A stretch of 46,915 nucleotides of DNA, taken from a virus. This document shows, in pieces, positions 35,388 to 42,617 of the stretch. How positions within the stretch are numbered: the first letter of the stretch is position 1; the number at the start of each line of letters is the position of its first letter. Location of the stretch: positions 1 through 46,915 of IMG/VR virus record IMGVR_UViG_3300048913_000051; one strand, 5' to 3'. The notes below the pieces were generated by a model. The model did not search any database, was not told the DNA's origin, and saw only the letters and a program-made list of their open reading frames with translations. The position numbers were made by a program, and so were the translations under genes.

Positions 35388-35968
35388 TCTGCCTTCCTCT
35401 TGAGTTCGCGGGTCTTGGCGCGGTATTCGGCGGTGATGGCTTTCAATTCGTCGATGGTGTAGCGCTTTGGCTCATGCGGGCCTTCCAGCCAATCGACCTT
35501 GTCCTGACCGATGCGCTTTATCAGCTCTAACCGGTAAGGCCCGAGGTTGCCGGACTTGGCCATGTTGCAGTTGCGGTTGCATTGTAAATGTACGTTCAAG
35601 GGCTCAAATCGAAGCTCTGGATGACCGCCAGCTGACCTGAAATGGCCGGCTGCGTATTGAACATCTGCCGTGGTGCCGCATGAGACGCAAGGCAATCCGG
35701 CGTCCCTGGCACGCACCCAAGCATTGAACGCGGCCTGCGCCTCGCGCATGTACTGCCCTTTGGTCTTTACGCGCTCCTTGGCCGCTCTCAGGCTCTTGCG
35801 GTCCTCCTGCTGAATCGCCTTTCTCGCCTTGTCCTGATTTTTCGGCGCATCAATGATCGCGCAGGCCGGACTGCAAACAGCCTGACCCATGCGAGCTGGG
35901 ACGAATAAGGTTCTGCATGATTCGACCCGGCAGCGCTTCGGGCGCGGCGCCTTGGCTTGCAGGGTCAT
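35384..35968 (-). CDS. ninG: NinG/Rap-like recombination endonuclease
   Basis: N-terminal C-x4-C...C-x3-C, then GLPCVSCG....AGH....G....RF...N.H.QC..CN as in lambda NinG. Confidence 0.85.
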   Translation of the reverse strand: MTLQAKAPRPKRCRVESCRTLFVPARMGQAVCSPACAIIDAPKNQDKARKAIQQEDRKSLRAAKERVKTKGQYMREAQAAFNAWVRARDAGLPCVSCGTTADVQYAAGHFRSAGGHPELRFEPLNVHLQCNRNCNMAKSGNLGPYRLELIKRIGQDKVDWLEGPHEPKRYTIDELKAITAEYRAKTRELKRKAE

Positions 35969-36489
35969 GCAGTTTCACCCTTCGTATTTTTTGATTGACG
36001 CCCATGATTTTCATGGTAGCCATTCAATGAGTCTGCATTTTTCCTGGCCAAAACGGCATCTTCAATATTTTCAAAGTCGCCCAGGTGCTTTCTACCAGCA
36101 TCAGTCGAAATTTGAGCTCTCCATTTTGATACTTGCTTGCACCAGGAAACCCCTATATGTCCGCTTGTGTTGCTAGATTTTTTTGATGAATTCCTAGTAT
36201 TAATTTTTTGGCTAACAACCCGAAGATTTTCAATCCTGTTATTCAGTGGGTTCCCATCTATATGGTCGATATATCCATCAGGGTATTCTCCATATGCCAT
36301 CATCCAAATAATCCTATGAACCTGATGTGTTTTCTTATTCAGGAATGTATGTCGATACCCACTGTGATGGACTGATCCGACCTCAGTTCCAGCTTTTACT
36401 TTTGAGCGATTTATCTTCCAGAAAAGACGACCGGCTTCCGCATCGAATCGGAATGCCTCATTAGCCTCATTGAAGGTTATTACCGTCAT
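35965..36489 (-). CDS. HNH homing endonuclease with AP2 DNA-binding domain
   Basis: IDHIDGNPLNNRIENLR (HNH) and GHIGVSWCKQVSKWRAQIS...GDFENIEDAVLARKNA (AP2). Visibly AT-rich relative to the flanks. Confidence 0.9.
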   Translation of the reverse strand: MTVITFNEANEAFRFDAEAGRLFWKINRSKVKAGTEVGSVHHSGYRHTFLNKKTHQVHRIIWMMAYGEYPDGYIDHIDGNPLNNRIENLRVVSQKINTRNSSKKSSNTSGHIGVSWCKQVSKWRAQISTDAGRKHLGDFENIEDAVLARKNADSLNGYHENHGRQSKNTKGETA

Positions 36490-37073
36490 GAAAATGACCC
36501 CATTTGATCAGCAGCACTCATGGCCGCCTCTTCACTTTCAAAATGCGCCGACAGCACCAGGCGCCAGCAGGCGTTAAACACGTCGCGGTATAGCGGCTGG
36601 AACGCGGTTTCATCCATCGCAGACCAGCTGATCGACTTGGCCTCCTTGCGAACCCCATCAGGCGTGCGCACAAGGTGGAAATGGCCGGCCTCGATAGTCA
36701 CCCACTCCCGGAATGCCTCTCGGCTCTTATCGACTGCCGGGAAGCGCTCGGCGCGGTCTTGCTCAAGCTGCGCGATGTAGGCCGCGACCGCATCCGATAA
36801 CTGCCCCGGCTTTCCGCTAGCCTGCTCGAAGAACTTGGCCAGGCCCTGGATGCCGCGCATCTCCTGCCGCGGTACCAGGCCGCCGACCGGCTCGAAGTAG
36901 TCAAAGGCGAGATCGAGCATTTTGAAGAATCTCCGGTGAAAGCCGGCGTTCCGCATCTTGGTGAACTTTCCGTGAATGGTCTGACCTGACTTCCACGCCT
37001 GCATAGTCTCGCGATCGGCCTCGGTGGCCGGCACAAGGCCGTGCGAGGTGCGAATCAACGCTATCTCAGCCAT
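36486..37073 (-). CDS. DUF1367-family phage protein
   Basis: The GFHRRFFKMLDLAFDYF block and its nin-region position. Confidence 0.65.
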   Translation of the reverse strand: MAEIALIRTSHGLVPATEADRETMQAWKSGQTIHGKFTKMRNAGFHRRFFKMLDLAFDYFEPVGGLVPRQEMRGIQGLAKFFEQASGKPGQLSDAVAAYIAQLEQDRAERFPAVDKSREAFREWVTIEAGHFHLVRTPDGVRKEAKSISWSAMDETAFQPLYRDVFNACWRLVLSAHFESEEAAMSAADQMGSFS

Positions 37074-37245
37074 GATTCAGCGCCTCGCTAAGGAACCCCT
37101 CGATGAATCCTCCGGCCACGGTTATGCCAAGCCACGCAAGGACGCTCATCGGCGTGAACTCCATTTGATGCGCAACGACCAAGGCTGTAATCATGGTCAG
37201 ATATCCGAAATAGCTGATGGTCGGAGCAAATAGAAAATGTCTCAT
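37066..37245 (-). CDS. Small membrane protein (59 aa), below the ORF-track cutoff
   Basis: Hand translation MRHFLFAPTISYFGYLTMITALVVAHQMEFTPMSVLAWLGITVAGGFIEGFLSEALNHG. ATGA overlap with the upstream stop. Confidence 0.45.
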   Translation of the reverse strand: MRHFLFAPTISYFGYLTMITALVVAHQMEFTPMSVLAWLGITVAGGFIEGFLSEALNHG

Positions 37246-37955
37246 GCCGACACTTCAAGGGCCTTTTCAGGTTCTATTTTCTCGGCGGCAAGGATAGATC
37301 TTGCTGACTTTTCCGCCGCACTCATCAGAAAAGATATCCCCTCGTCAGGGTCGTCAGTGATCGTGATGTAGGCATCGGCTATTTCCTCTGTGCTCATCCC
37401 GTATAGAGCTAGCGCAGAAAACAATTGGAACTTACTTGGGCCGCCATCTAACGGCGCGAAAAGATCACCGCCATACATCCATCCACCATACATGGTGCTC
37501 ATAACAGACGCATGAGACATGGATGCCGACCATTTTTCACAGTCGCTTACTTGACGGCCTAAAGTCTCACTTTTCAGAATATGAGAAATGGCCGACTTGA
37601 ATCTTTCATTTTCAGCCTTGATGATATTTTTGATTGGTTCCGGCGTTTCTCCGCAAAACTCTGAATCAATTATTTCAACAATCTTCTCCATGTCTACACC
37701 CTTAAACCATTCTCCGGAATACCTTTCTGAGCACGATTGGGCGCAGTAATCTATCAGCCTTTTTTCTGCGCTTACCGTATCAAACATAACCCCTGACACA
37801 GCAGAATCAATTAGTGTTGCGCCTCGTATTTTTGAAGAGCCAACATGGACCGTTATTCGATCTGACGCTACTCTTCCTCTTCCTACTTTGACCAAGCCAT
37901 CAGAAAACAATGCCGCATAAACCTGGCCTCTTTTGAAAGATTTTGCGCTGCGCAT
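37242..37955 (-). CDS. T5orf172/MUG113 (GIY-YIG-related) domain protein
   Basis: VYAALFSDGLVKVGRG...R....H and GEWF blocks. AT-rich gene. ATG at 37955. Confidence 0.6.
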   Translation of the reverse strand: MRSAKSFKRGQVYAALFSDGLVKVGRGRVASDRITVHVGSSKIRGATLIDSAVSGVMFDTVSAEKRLIDYCAQSCSERYSGEWFKGVDMEKIVEIIDSEFCGETPEPIKNIIKAENERFKSAISHILKSETLGRQVSDCEKWSASMSHASVMSTMYGGWMYGGDLFAPLDGGPSKFQLFSALALYGMSTEEIADAYITITDDPDEGISFLMSAAEKSARSILAAEKIEPEKALEVSA

Positions 37956-37968
37956 TTTCTCAACCCAC

Positions 37969-38062
37969 AAAAAAAGGCTTAGGCTTTGCGGTGGTCGTAA
38001 TCTTGTTGGATCTGGATCGAGGGGGAAGCTCAATCCAACAAGAACACCGCAAACCTAAACCT
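37969..38062 (-). terminator. Very long hairpin (about 30 bp with bulge, 21-nt loop) plus U7: strong intrinsic terminator/attenuator
   Basis: Arms 38033-38062 and 37975-38011. The mismatches become G-U pairs only on the minus-strand RNA. The A-run at 37969-37975 gives the U-tract. Confidence 0.7.
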
Positions 38063-38146
38063 TCGTTACCCTCGATCCATTAATACCGGGTTACGACGCC
38101 CGAACTCACATCATACCGCTACCGGCCTGGATTGGCCAATGGGTCT

Positions 38147-38518
38147 TTATTCCTTTCCGGTTGCGTAGCCGATTGCCTCAGAAACCGTCTCTGCCAATGA
38201 CTCACAACTATTCGGAAAATCCACTTCGCATCCGTCACCATCCCATAATTCGGCGTATCCCGCGTCGCGCTCGATGCAGATCCGAATTTCCCAGCCGATA
38301 GGTAACTCGCCAGCAGCGCGCTGCACCTGCTGATACAGCTCTGATTGTTGCTCAAGCTTCTCTGCCATCTTCATTGATTGGCGGCAATCACCACGCGCGC
38401 ACTCAAGCAGCGCTACTAGGCGATCATTCTCAGCCCTCAGCCTTTCTATCTCGCACCCTGCGCACGGGGACTGACCTATTGCCGGAAGCAAGGCGTGCTT
38501 TTCGCATGGGGTGCTCAT
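38147..38518 (-). CDS. Hypothetical protein (123 aa)
   Basis: ORF track. ATGA coupling. Confidence 0.7.
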   Translation of the reverse strand: MSTPCEKHALLPAIGQSPCAGCEIERLRAENDRLVALLECARGDCRQSMKMAEKLEQQSELYQQVQRAAGELPIGWEIRICIERDAGYAELWDGDGCEVDFPNSCESLAETVSEAIGYATGKE

Positions 38519-39120
38519 TGGGCTATCTCCTGCTTTGACTTGGAAACCAGTACGCCTTTGTGTGTGCTTGTGCCATCAATCGCCATCGACGTGATGAAGT
38601 AGTGGTTCTTTTTGACGTTGTAGACGATCTCTTCGTGCTCAGTGCCCGGATCAATTATCAGGGTTGCCTTTGCACAGATATGCGATCCAGCAACCCTGAA
38701 GCTCATCCAGTCACCTAGCTGGACTTGCCCCGCCGAAGTCAGCGGCTCCCAATCCTTCTCAACAGGCGCGCTCGGCTCTGCGCTGGCGGATAGAGCAGCA
38801 TCAATCATCGGCAGAAGGTCGTGCGCCGGATCTGGCGTGTCGCAATCCGGCATGCGGATATACCCAAGATCAACGCCGTTGACGACGAACTGTCGAGCCA
38901 GCTTTAGCAGCGCATCCCGCTCCGCCAGCCTGGCGCGCAGATCCACCAGCTCATCGTTCTGCTTGGCGATGATTTGCATGTGTTCGCGTAGAGACTCTTG
39001 TGCCGCCTTAAGCCGATCCCATTCAGGGTTAAATGCAGGATCCTTACACCCGCCATGCGGCGAGCACATTCCCGGCGTAATGCAGCGGGCCATAGATTTA
39101 CGGCAGATCATGTCGCTCAT
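38515..39120 (-). CDS. Hypothetical coiled-coil protein (201 aa)
   Basis: ORF track. ATGA coupling. Confidence 0.75.
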   Translation of the reverse strand: MSDMICRKSMARCITPGMCSPHGGCKDPAFNPEWDRLKAAQESLREHMQIIAKQNDELVDLRARLAERDALLKLARQFVVNGVDLGYIRMPDCDTPDPAHDLLPMIDAALSASAEPSAPVEKDWEPLTSAGQVQLGDWMSFRVAGSHICAKATLIIDPGTEHEEIVYNVKKNHYFITSMAIDGTSTHKGVLVSKSKQEIAQ

Positions 39121-39305
39121 ACCATCCGCTCCTTCGCTTCAACGATGACCGCGATCCGCTCCAATCGCTCTTGGGCCTGATCCGCAAGATTCGCATGGTC
39201 GGCCTCATCGACGACCGGCATGCAGACGAAGTTGACGCCGGCCTTGGCGAAGGCGTGGGCGACATCAAGTGACTTTCTGAGTTGTACCGGGCTCGCGCGA
39301 TTCAT
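39117..39305 (-). CDS. Hypothetical protein (62 aa)
   Basis: ORF track. ATGA coupling. Confidence 0.65.
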   Translation of the reverse strand: MNRASPVQLRKSLDVAHAFAKAGVNFVCMPVVDEADHANLADQAQERLERIAVIVEAKERMV

Positions 39306-39601
39306 GGCTTCACCTCATCCCAGCGAACTTGCAGCCACATATCAACAAACTGCGCCTCGTTTACTCTAACGCCGCACTTGAATCCAAGTTCGCGCAGCTC
39401 TTTGAGGATTGCCTTGCACAGCTCTGGATATTCGCTTTCGTTGCAATAGGTGCTTGTGCCAAACCCGTAATCGCGAGTTGTGTAGTCGTACTTTCCAGAC
39501 TCGGCCGCTTTGGCGATACCGGCCAGGATCGTATCAACCGCAAAGGCTGGGTCTTTGGCGCGGGCCATGTCACGCGCTTTTTCTGCTGTCATTCGAGTCA
39601 T
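39302..39601 (-). CDS. Hypothetical protein (99 aa)
   Basis: ATG at 39601 (MTRMTAEK). The ORF-track N-terminal 25 codons lie inside the terminator hairpin. Confidence 0.6.
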   Translation of the reverse strand: MTRMTAEKARDMARAKDPAFAVDTILAGIAKAAESGKYDYTTRDYGFGTSTYCNESEYPELCKAILKELRELGFKCGVRVNEAQFVDMWLQVRWDEVKP

Positions 39602-39613
39602 ACGTTGCCCCAC

Positions 39614-39691
39614 AAAAAAGGCTAGAGCGATGCAGTTTCCATTTCTGGAATTGGCGGACATGTTCAGTACATGCACTGCATCGCTCTAGCC
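39614..39691 (-). terminator. Y-shaped structured RNA: 16-bp perfect stem capped by two small hairpins, followed by U6
   Basis: GGCTAGAGCGATGCAG / CTGCATCGCTCTAGCC. Inner CATGT-actga-ACATG and TTCCA-gaaa-TGGAA. TTTTTT on the minus strand. Confidence 0.7.
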
Positions 39692-39761
39692 TTACTGAAT
39701 TGAAAGCCCGCCAAGGCTGTTCGCAAATCATACTGCCGGTTAACTTGCTTGGCTAGCTTTT

Positions 39762-39962
39762 TCAGCTTGGACGCTTAATCATTTTTCCAAACCGGAACTT
39801 GCTAGGGGCGTTTGGCGAAGGGTGCCAAACCTTGGAGTCGCACCAAGCCTTGGCGAAGTACCAGACGCCACCCTCTTTTTTGTACCAGCACTCGCTATAG
39901 GACTTTGAATCCGGTGCCCAGTGCGTGGCGTCATGCGGTGCCTTGCGCCAGTCCGGGCTCAT
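39762..39962 (-). CDS. W-rich small protein paralog 3 (66 aa)
   Basis: ATGA-coupled ATG at 39962. N-terminus MSPDWRKAPHDATHWA. Confidence 0.6.
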   Translation of the reverse strand: MSPDWRKAPHDATHWAPDSKSYSECWYKKEGGVWYFAKAWCDSKVWHPSPNAPSKFRFGKMIKRPS

Positions 39963-40219
39963 ATCATCACCTTTACGCCAGCGGCTTCTACCTGCAACAG
40001 AAGATCCATATGCCCATCTCGGTAGGCTATGGCCATATCGCGATTGTCGTAATGGCTGCTGTTTGCAAATGAATCGCAACCCTTTAACGTTGGCGACTGG
40101 ACCACTATCGATTCCCGCGCCGCCTTCCAGCCCAGCCAGTAATCCGGAAATACCGCGTCGGGCTTGGTCGCCTCCCAGTGGGCCCGGCATTCGGCTAGCT
40201 GCTCTTTCTCGGTCTTCAT
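39959..40219 (-). CDS. Hypothetical protein (86 aa)
   Basis: ATGA-coupled ATG at 40219 (MKTEKEQLAE). Confidence 0.6.
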   Translation of the reverse strand: MKTEKEQLAECRAHWEATKPDAVFPDYWLGWKAARESIVVQSPTLKGCDSFANSSHYDNRDMAIAYRDGHMDLLLQVEAAGVKVMI

Positions 40220-40422
40220 GGCCGGGCCTCCATCGTTTCCCGCCATTGATCGTGGATGCGCGCCCTTGCTGCTCGGCTGTGCTGATTGCCCCCAGAATAA
40301 TCAATCTCATGCCGCGCATGCATGACTATCGGCTTGTGCTCGTACCAGTACCACTCGCCGCCTTCATCTTGGGCCAGGTAGCTAGCCCAGGCGGGTGCAT
40401 CATTCCAGTTAGGTTTACTCAT
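40216..40422 (-). CDS. W-rich small protein paralog 2 (68 aa)
   Basis: MSKPNWNDAPAWASYLA ... ends EARP. Confidence 0.7.
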   Translation of the reverse strand: MSKPNWNDAPAWASYLAQDEGGEWYWYEHKPIVMHARHEIDYSGGNQHSRAARARIHDQWRETMEARP

Positions 40423-40637
40423 GGCCGGGGCTCCAGTGAGTTTCTCCAGTCTACTCCGCGCGAAGAGAATCGCTTGTCTTGCTTCCAGGCTCCTTCGTAG
40501 GAATACCAGTAATCGCCGTGCATGATTACGGGCTCGCTTTCAAACCAAACCCAATATTCATCCTGCTGGCCATCAGTGCTATCGGCTGCCAAATACTTCG
40601 CCCAATCCGGCGCATCACTCCAGCTAGGCTTGCTCAT
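40419..40637 (-). CDS. W-rich small protein paralog 1 (72 aa)
   Basis: MSKPSWSDAPDWAKYLA ... ends EPRP. Confidence 0.7.
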   Translation of the reverse strand: MSKPSWSDAPDWAKYLAADSTDGQQDEYWVWFESEPVIMHGDYWYSYEGAWKQDKRFSSRGVDWRNSLEPRP

Positions 40638-40960
40638 AACTCACCTTCGTCGTCATAAGCCGGAGTTCCAGCAGTAGCCAGCACCAACACCTTCTCTGCC
40701 CTCTCCAGCAGCTCGGGGTATTGGTCGTTCCAGTTCTGCTTGTAGGCCTTGGCCATCAGCTCTTTGAGCATTTCGTACATCTGCGGCGCCGTGCGGATCA
40801 GGTAGGCGTTCGCCCACGTCTCATCGCCGATCACGTATTTTACGCCGTTGTGATCCATGGCACCGAGGTTGGCGACCGCCAGCGGTTCGCCGTCGCGCAT
40901 GACGCAGATCGAGTAGTCCTCGCGATCTACCAGCCATTCTTCTTTGGTGTGATTGCTCAT
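40634..40960 (-). CDS. Hypothetical protein (108 aa) with ANxxLIxxAP motif
   Basis: AAGGAG SD. WANAYLIRTAPQMYEMLKEL resembles the motif in 45163-45492. Confidence 0.75.
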   Translation of the reverse strand: MSNHTKEEWLVDREDYSICVMRDGEPLAVANLGAMDHNGVKYVIGDETWANAYLIRTAPQMYEMLKELMAKAYKQNWNDQYPELLERAEKVLVLATAGTPAYDDEGEL

Positions 40961-40984
40961 TCTGAAACACTCCTTTCCACGTTG

Positions 40985-41782
40985 TTAGTCGAAATTCAAA
41001 ATTGAGAATGCTGCTGCTGCCACTCTCGGAACTTGTCCATTGCCAAGGGCTTTAATTCGGTCCAACCGGAAGGCCACCCCATCAGCCATTCGACCCACTC
41101 CGGGTTCAGCGGGCCACCCACCACCTGAGGCAGGCACTCCCCGGATTTGCTGCCAGTCCTTTCCATTCGACTCTTGCCTGGGTGCCGGTAATCTCGGCGC
41201 ACTGGTGTCGGCCATAACTTCACCGCACTGTTCAAGCCCCACCCTGCGCTCTTGCTGGAGCCTGGCTGATTGTGGTTCCCGTGTACGGTTATCGTTGGCC
41301 ACAACCCAGCATCGATCGCGCTGATGGGGCGCTCCAGTGTCGGATGCTGATACAATGCACCACTGCGCGTCATACCCCATTTCGGCAAGATCACCGAGGA
41401 CCACGGCAAGTCCTCTTCCCACAAGCAGAGGTGAGTTTTCCACGAAGACGAGCCTAGGTCGTACCTCGCCGATGATTCTCGCCATTTCACTCCAGAGCCC
41501 AGATCTAGCGCCATCGATGCCGACCCCATTCCCGGCAGCTGATATGTCCTGACACGGGAATCCGCCCGAAACCACGTCAACAAGGCCTCGCCATGGTCTT
41601 CCGTCAAAACTGCACACGTCAGACCAAATTGGGAAAGTTTCGAGGGCTCCATCATTTTGTCGTTGCGCCAGAACTTGTGCTGCGTAGGCATCACGCTCAA
41701 CGGCGCAGATTGTCCGCCATCCGAGCAGGTGGCCGCCGAGAATTCCTCCACCAGCGCCCGCGAAAAGAGCCAACTCATTCAT
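40985..41782 (-). CDS. Short DNA (cytosine-5) methyltransferase (frame A, 265 aa)
   Basis: Motif I LFAGAGGG, IV GGFPCQDIS, VI FVENSP, VIII QRDRCWVVA, X LGNGQVP. Confidence 0.85.
   Translation of the reverse strand: MNELALFAGAGGGILGGHLLGWRTICAVERDAYAAQVLAQRQNDGALETFPIWSDVCSFDGRPWRGLVDVVSGGFPCQDISAAGNGVGIDGARSGLWSEMARIIGEVRPRLVFVENSPLLVGRGLAVVLGDLAEMGYDAQWCIVSASDTGAPHQRDRCWVVANDNRTREPQSARLQQERRVGLEQCGEVMADTSAPRLPAPRQESNGKDWQQIRGVPASGGGWPAEPGVGRMADGVAFRLDRIKALGNGQVPRVAAAAFSILNFD
40996..41778 (-). CDS. Co-extensive +1-frame ORF (frame B, 260 aa) inside the short MTase gene; candidate overprinted gene
   Basis: Its ATG lies 4 nt after the frame-A ATG and shares the SD. Open for 783 nt. Contains LWPT/LWPTP and LNPEWVEWLMGWPSGWT (motif-IX-like). 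Confidence 0.5.
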   Translation of the reverse strand: MSWLFSRALVEEFSAATCSDGGQSAPLSVMPTQHKFWRNDKMMEPSKLSQFGLTCAVLTEDHGEALLTWFRADSRVRTYQLPGMGSASMALDLGSGVKWRESSARYDLGSSSWKTHLCLWEEDLPWSSVILPKWGMTRSGALYQHPTLERPISAIDAGLWPTITVHGNHNQPGSSKSAGWGLNSAVKLWPTPVRRDYRHPGKSRMERTGSKSGECLPQVVGGPLNPEWVEWLMGWPSGWTELKPLAMDKFREWQQQHSQF

Positions 41783-41804
41783 ATCCCCTCACTTAAAAAT
41801 TCAA

Positions 41805-42617
41805 TCAGCGCTTAACGCCGAGCTTGGCCAGCATTTCCGCCCGTAGCTCGGCCGGCGTTTTCTTGTCCAATCCCTGATCCTTGATCCGCTGCTTGATCAG
41901 GGATTCATTCGCCCTTTCTGATTCCTCAATGTCACTCAGTGCCTTTTCATGCGCCAGAAGCGCCTGTGATGCCACTAGCTGCTCTCCGCGCTGCAACTTG
42001 GTAGTCAGCTCAGCATATCGCTTCATAAAACGATTCTGGATCGTATCAGCCTTCGGCGTGCCGGTTCGGATGCTGAACCAATCAGTAAGTTTCCCAGCCT
42101 CCTGAACAATCGGGTGCGAGAACTTCCAGGTTGCCGGGTTGCTGCTGGCCTCTACGGCTTCCCGCCAGGCGATGATGGGATCAGGTATCCCAAGATCAGA
42201 TCCGCCTTCGAAGCACATTGCGCGGAACTCAGGAGCCGATGGCGGCCATGCTTCACCAGACAGCGCGCAAGCCTTGGCCCCCGCGGCGATCTGGTACTTG
42301 TCCACGCCCGACAGCGCCTTGCCCCAAACGCCGCTCGCATCCTCAAGCCCGTGAACGCTGGTCCACTTATGGCCATACAGGTCGGTCATCAGCGACCACA
42401 ATTTTTCCATCAAGATCGTTGATGCGGGAGAACTCGCCTTCGAAGTCTCTTCCGTAGTCATCCACTCCGGACGCGAATAGTTCGGCTGAGCCCTGAGAGC
42501 CTTGTCCCGCTTCTCTGTCCCGCTCAGCTTGGCGCTCGGCGTTACGTTGGCGGACCTGTTCAGAGAGGCTAGGCTTGCCCGTGCTACCTGCTCCGGCGTT
42601 CGGTTGTCCTGCGACAT
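41805..42617 (-). CDS. Lambda P-like replication protein (helicase loader); start uncertain
   Basis: LYGHKWTS, WPPSAPEFRAMC and the C-terminal AEMLAKLGVKR resemble lambda P. GAGGTAAGG SD before the ATG at 42617. Alternative starts at 42461 and 42410. Confidence 0.7.
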   Translation of the reverse strand: MSQDNRTPEQVARASLASLNRSANVTPSAKLSGTEKRDKALRAQPNYSRPEWMTTEETSKASSPASTILMEKLWSLMTDLYGHKWTSVHGLEDASGVWGKALSGVDKYQIAAGAKACALSGEAWPPSAPEFRAMCFEGGSDLGIPDPIIAWREAVEASSNPATWKFSHPIVQEAGKLTDWFSIRTGTPKADTIQNRFMKRYAELTTKLQRGEQLVASQALLAHEKALSDIEESERANESLIKQRIKDQGLDKKTPAELRAEMLAKLGVKR

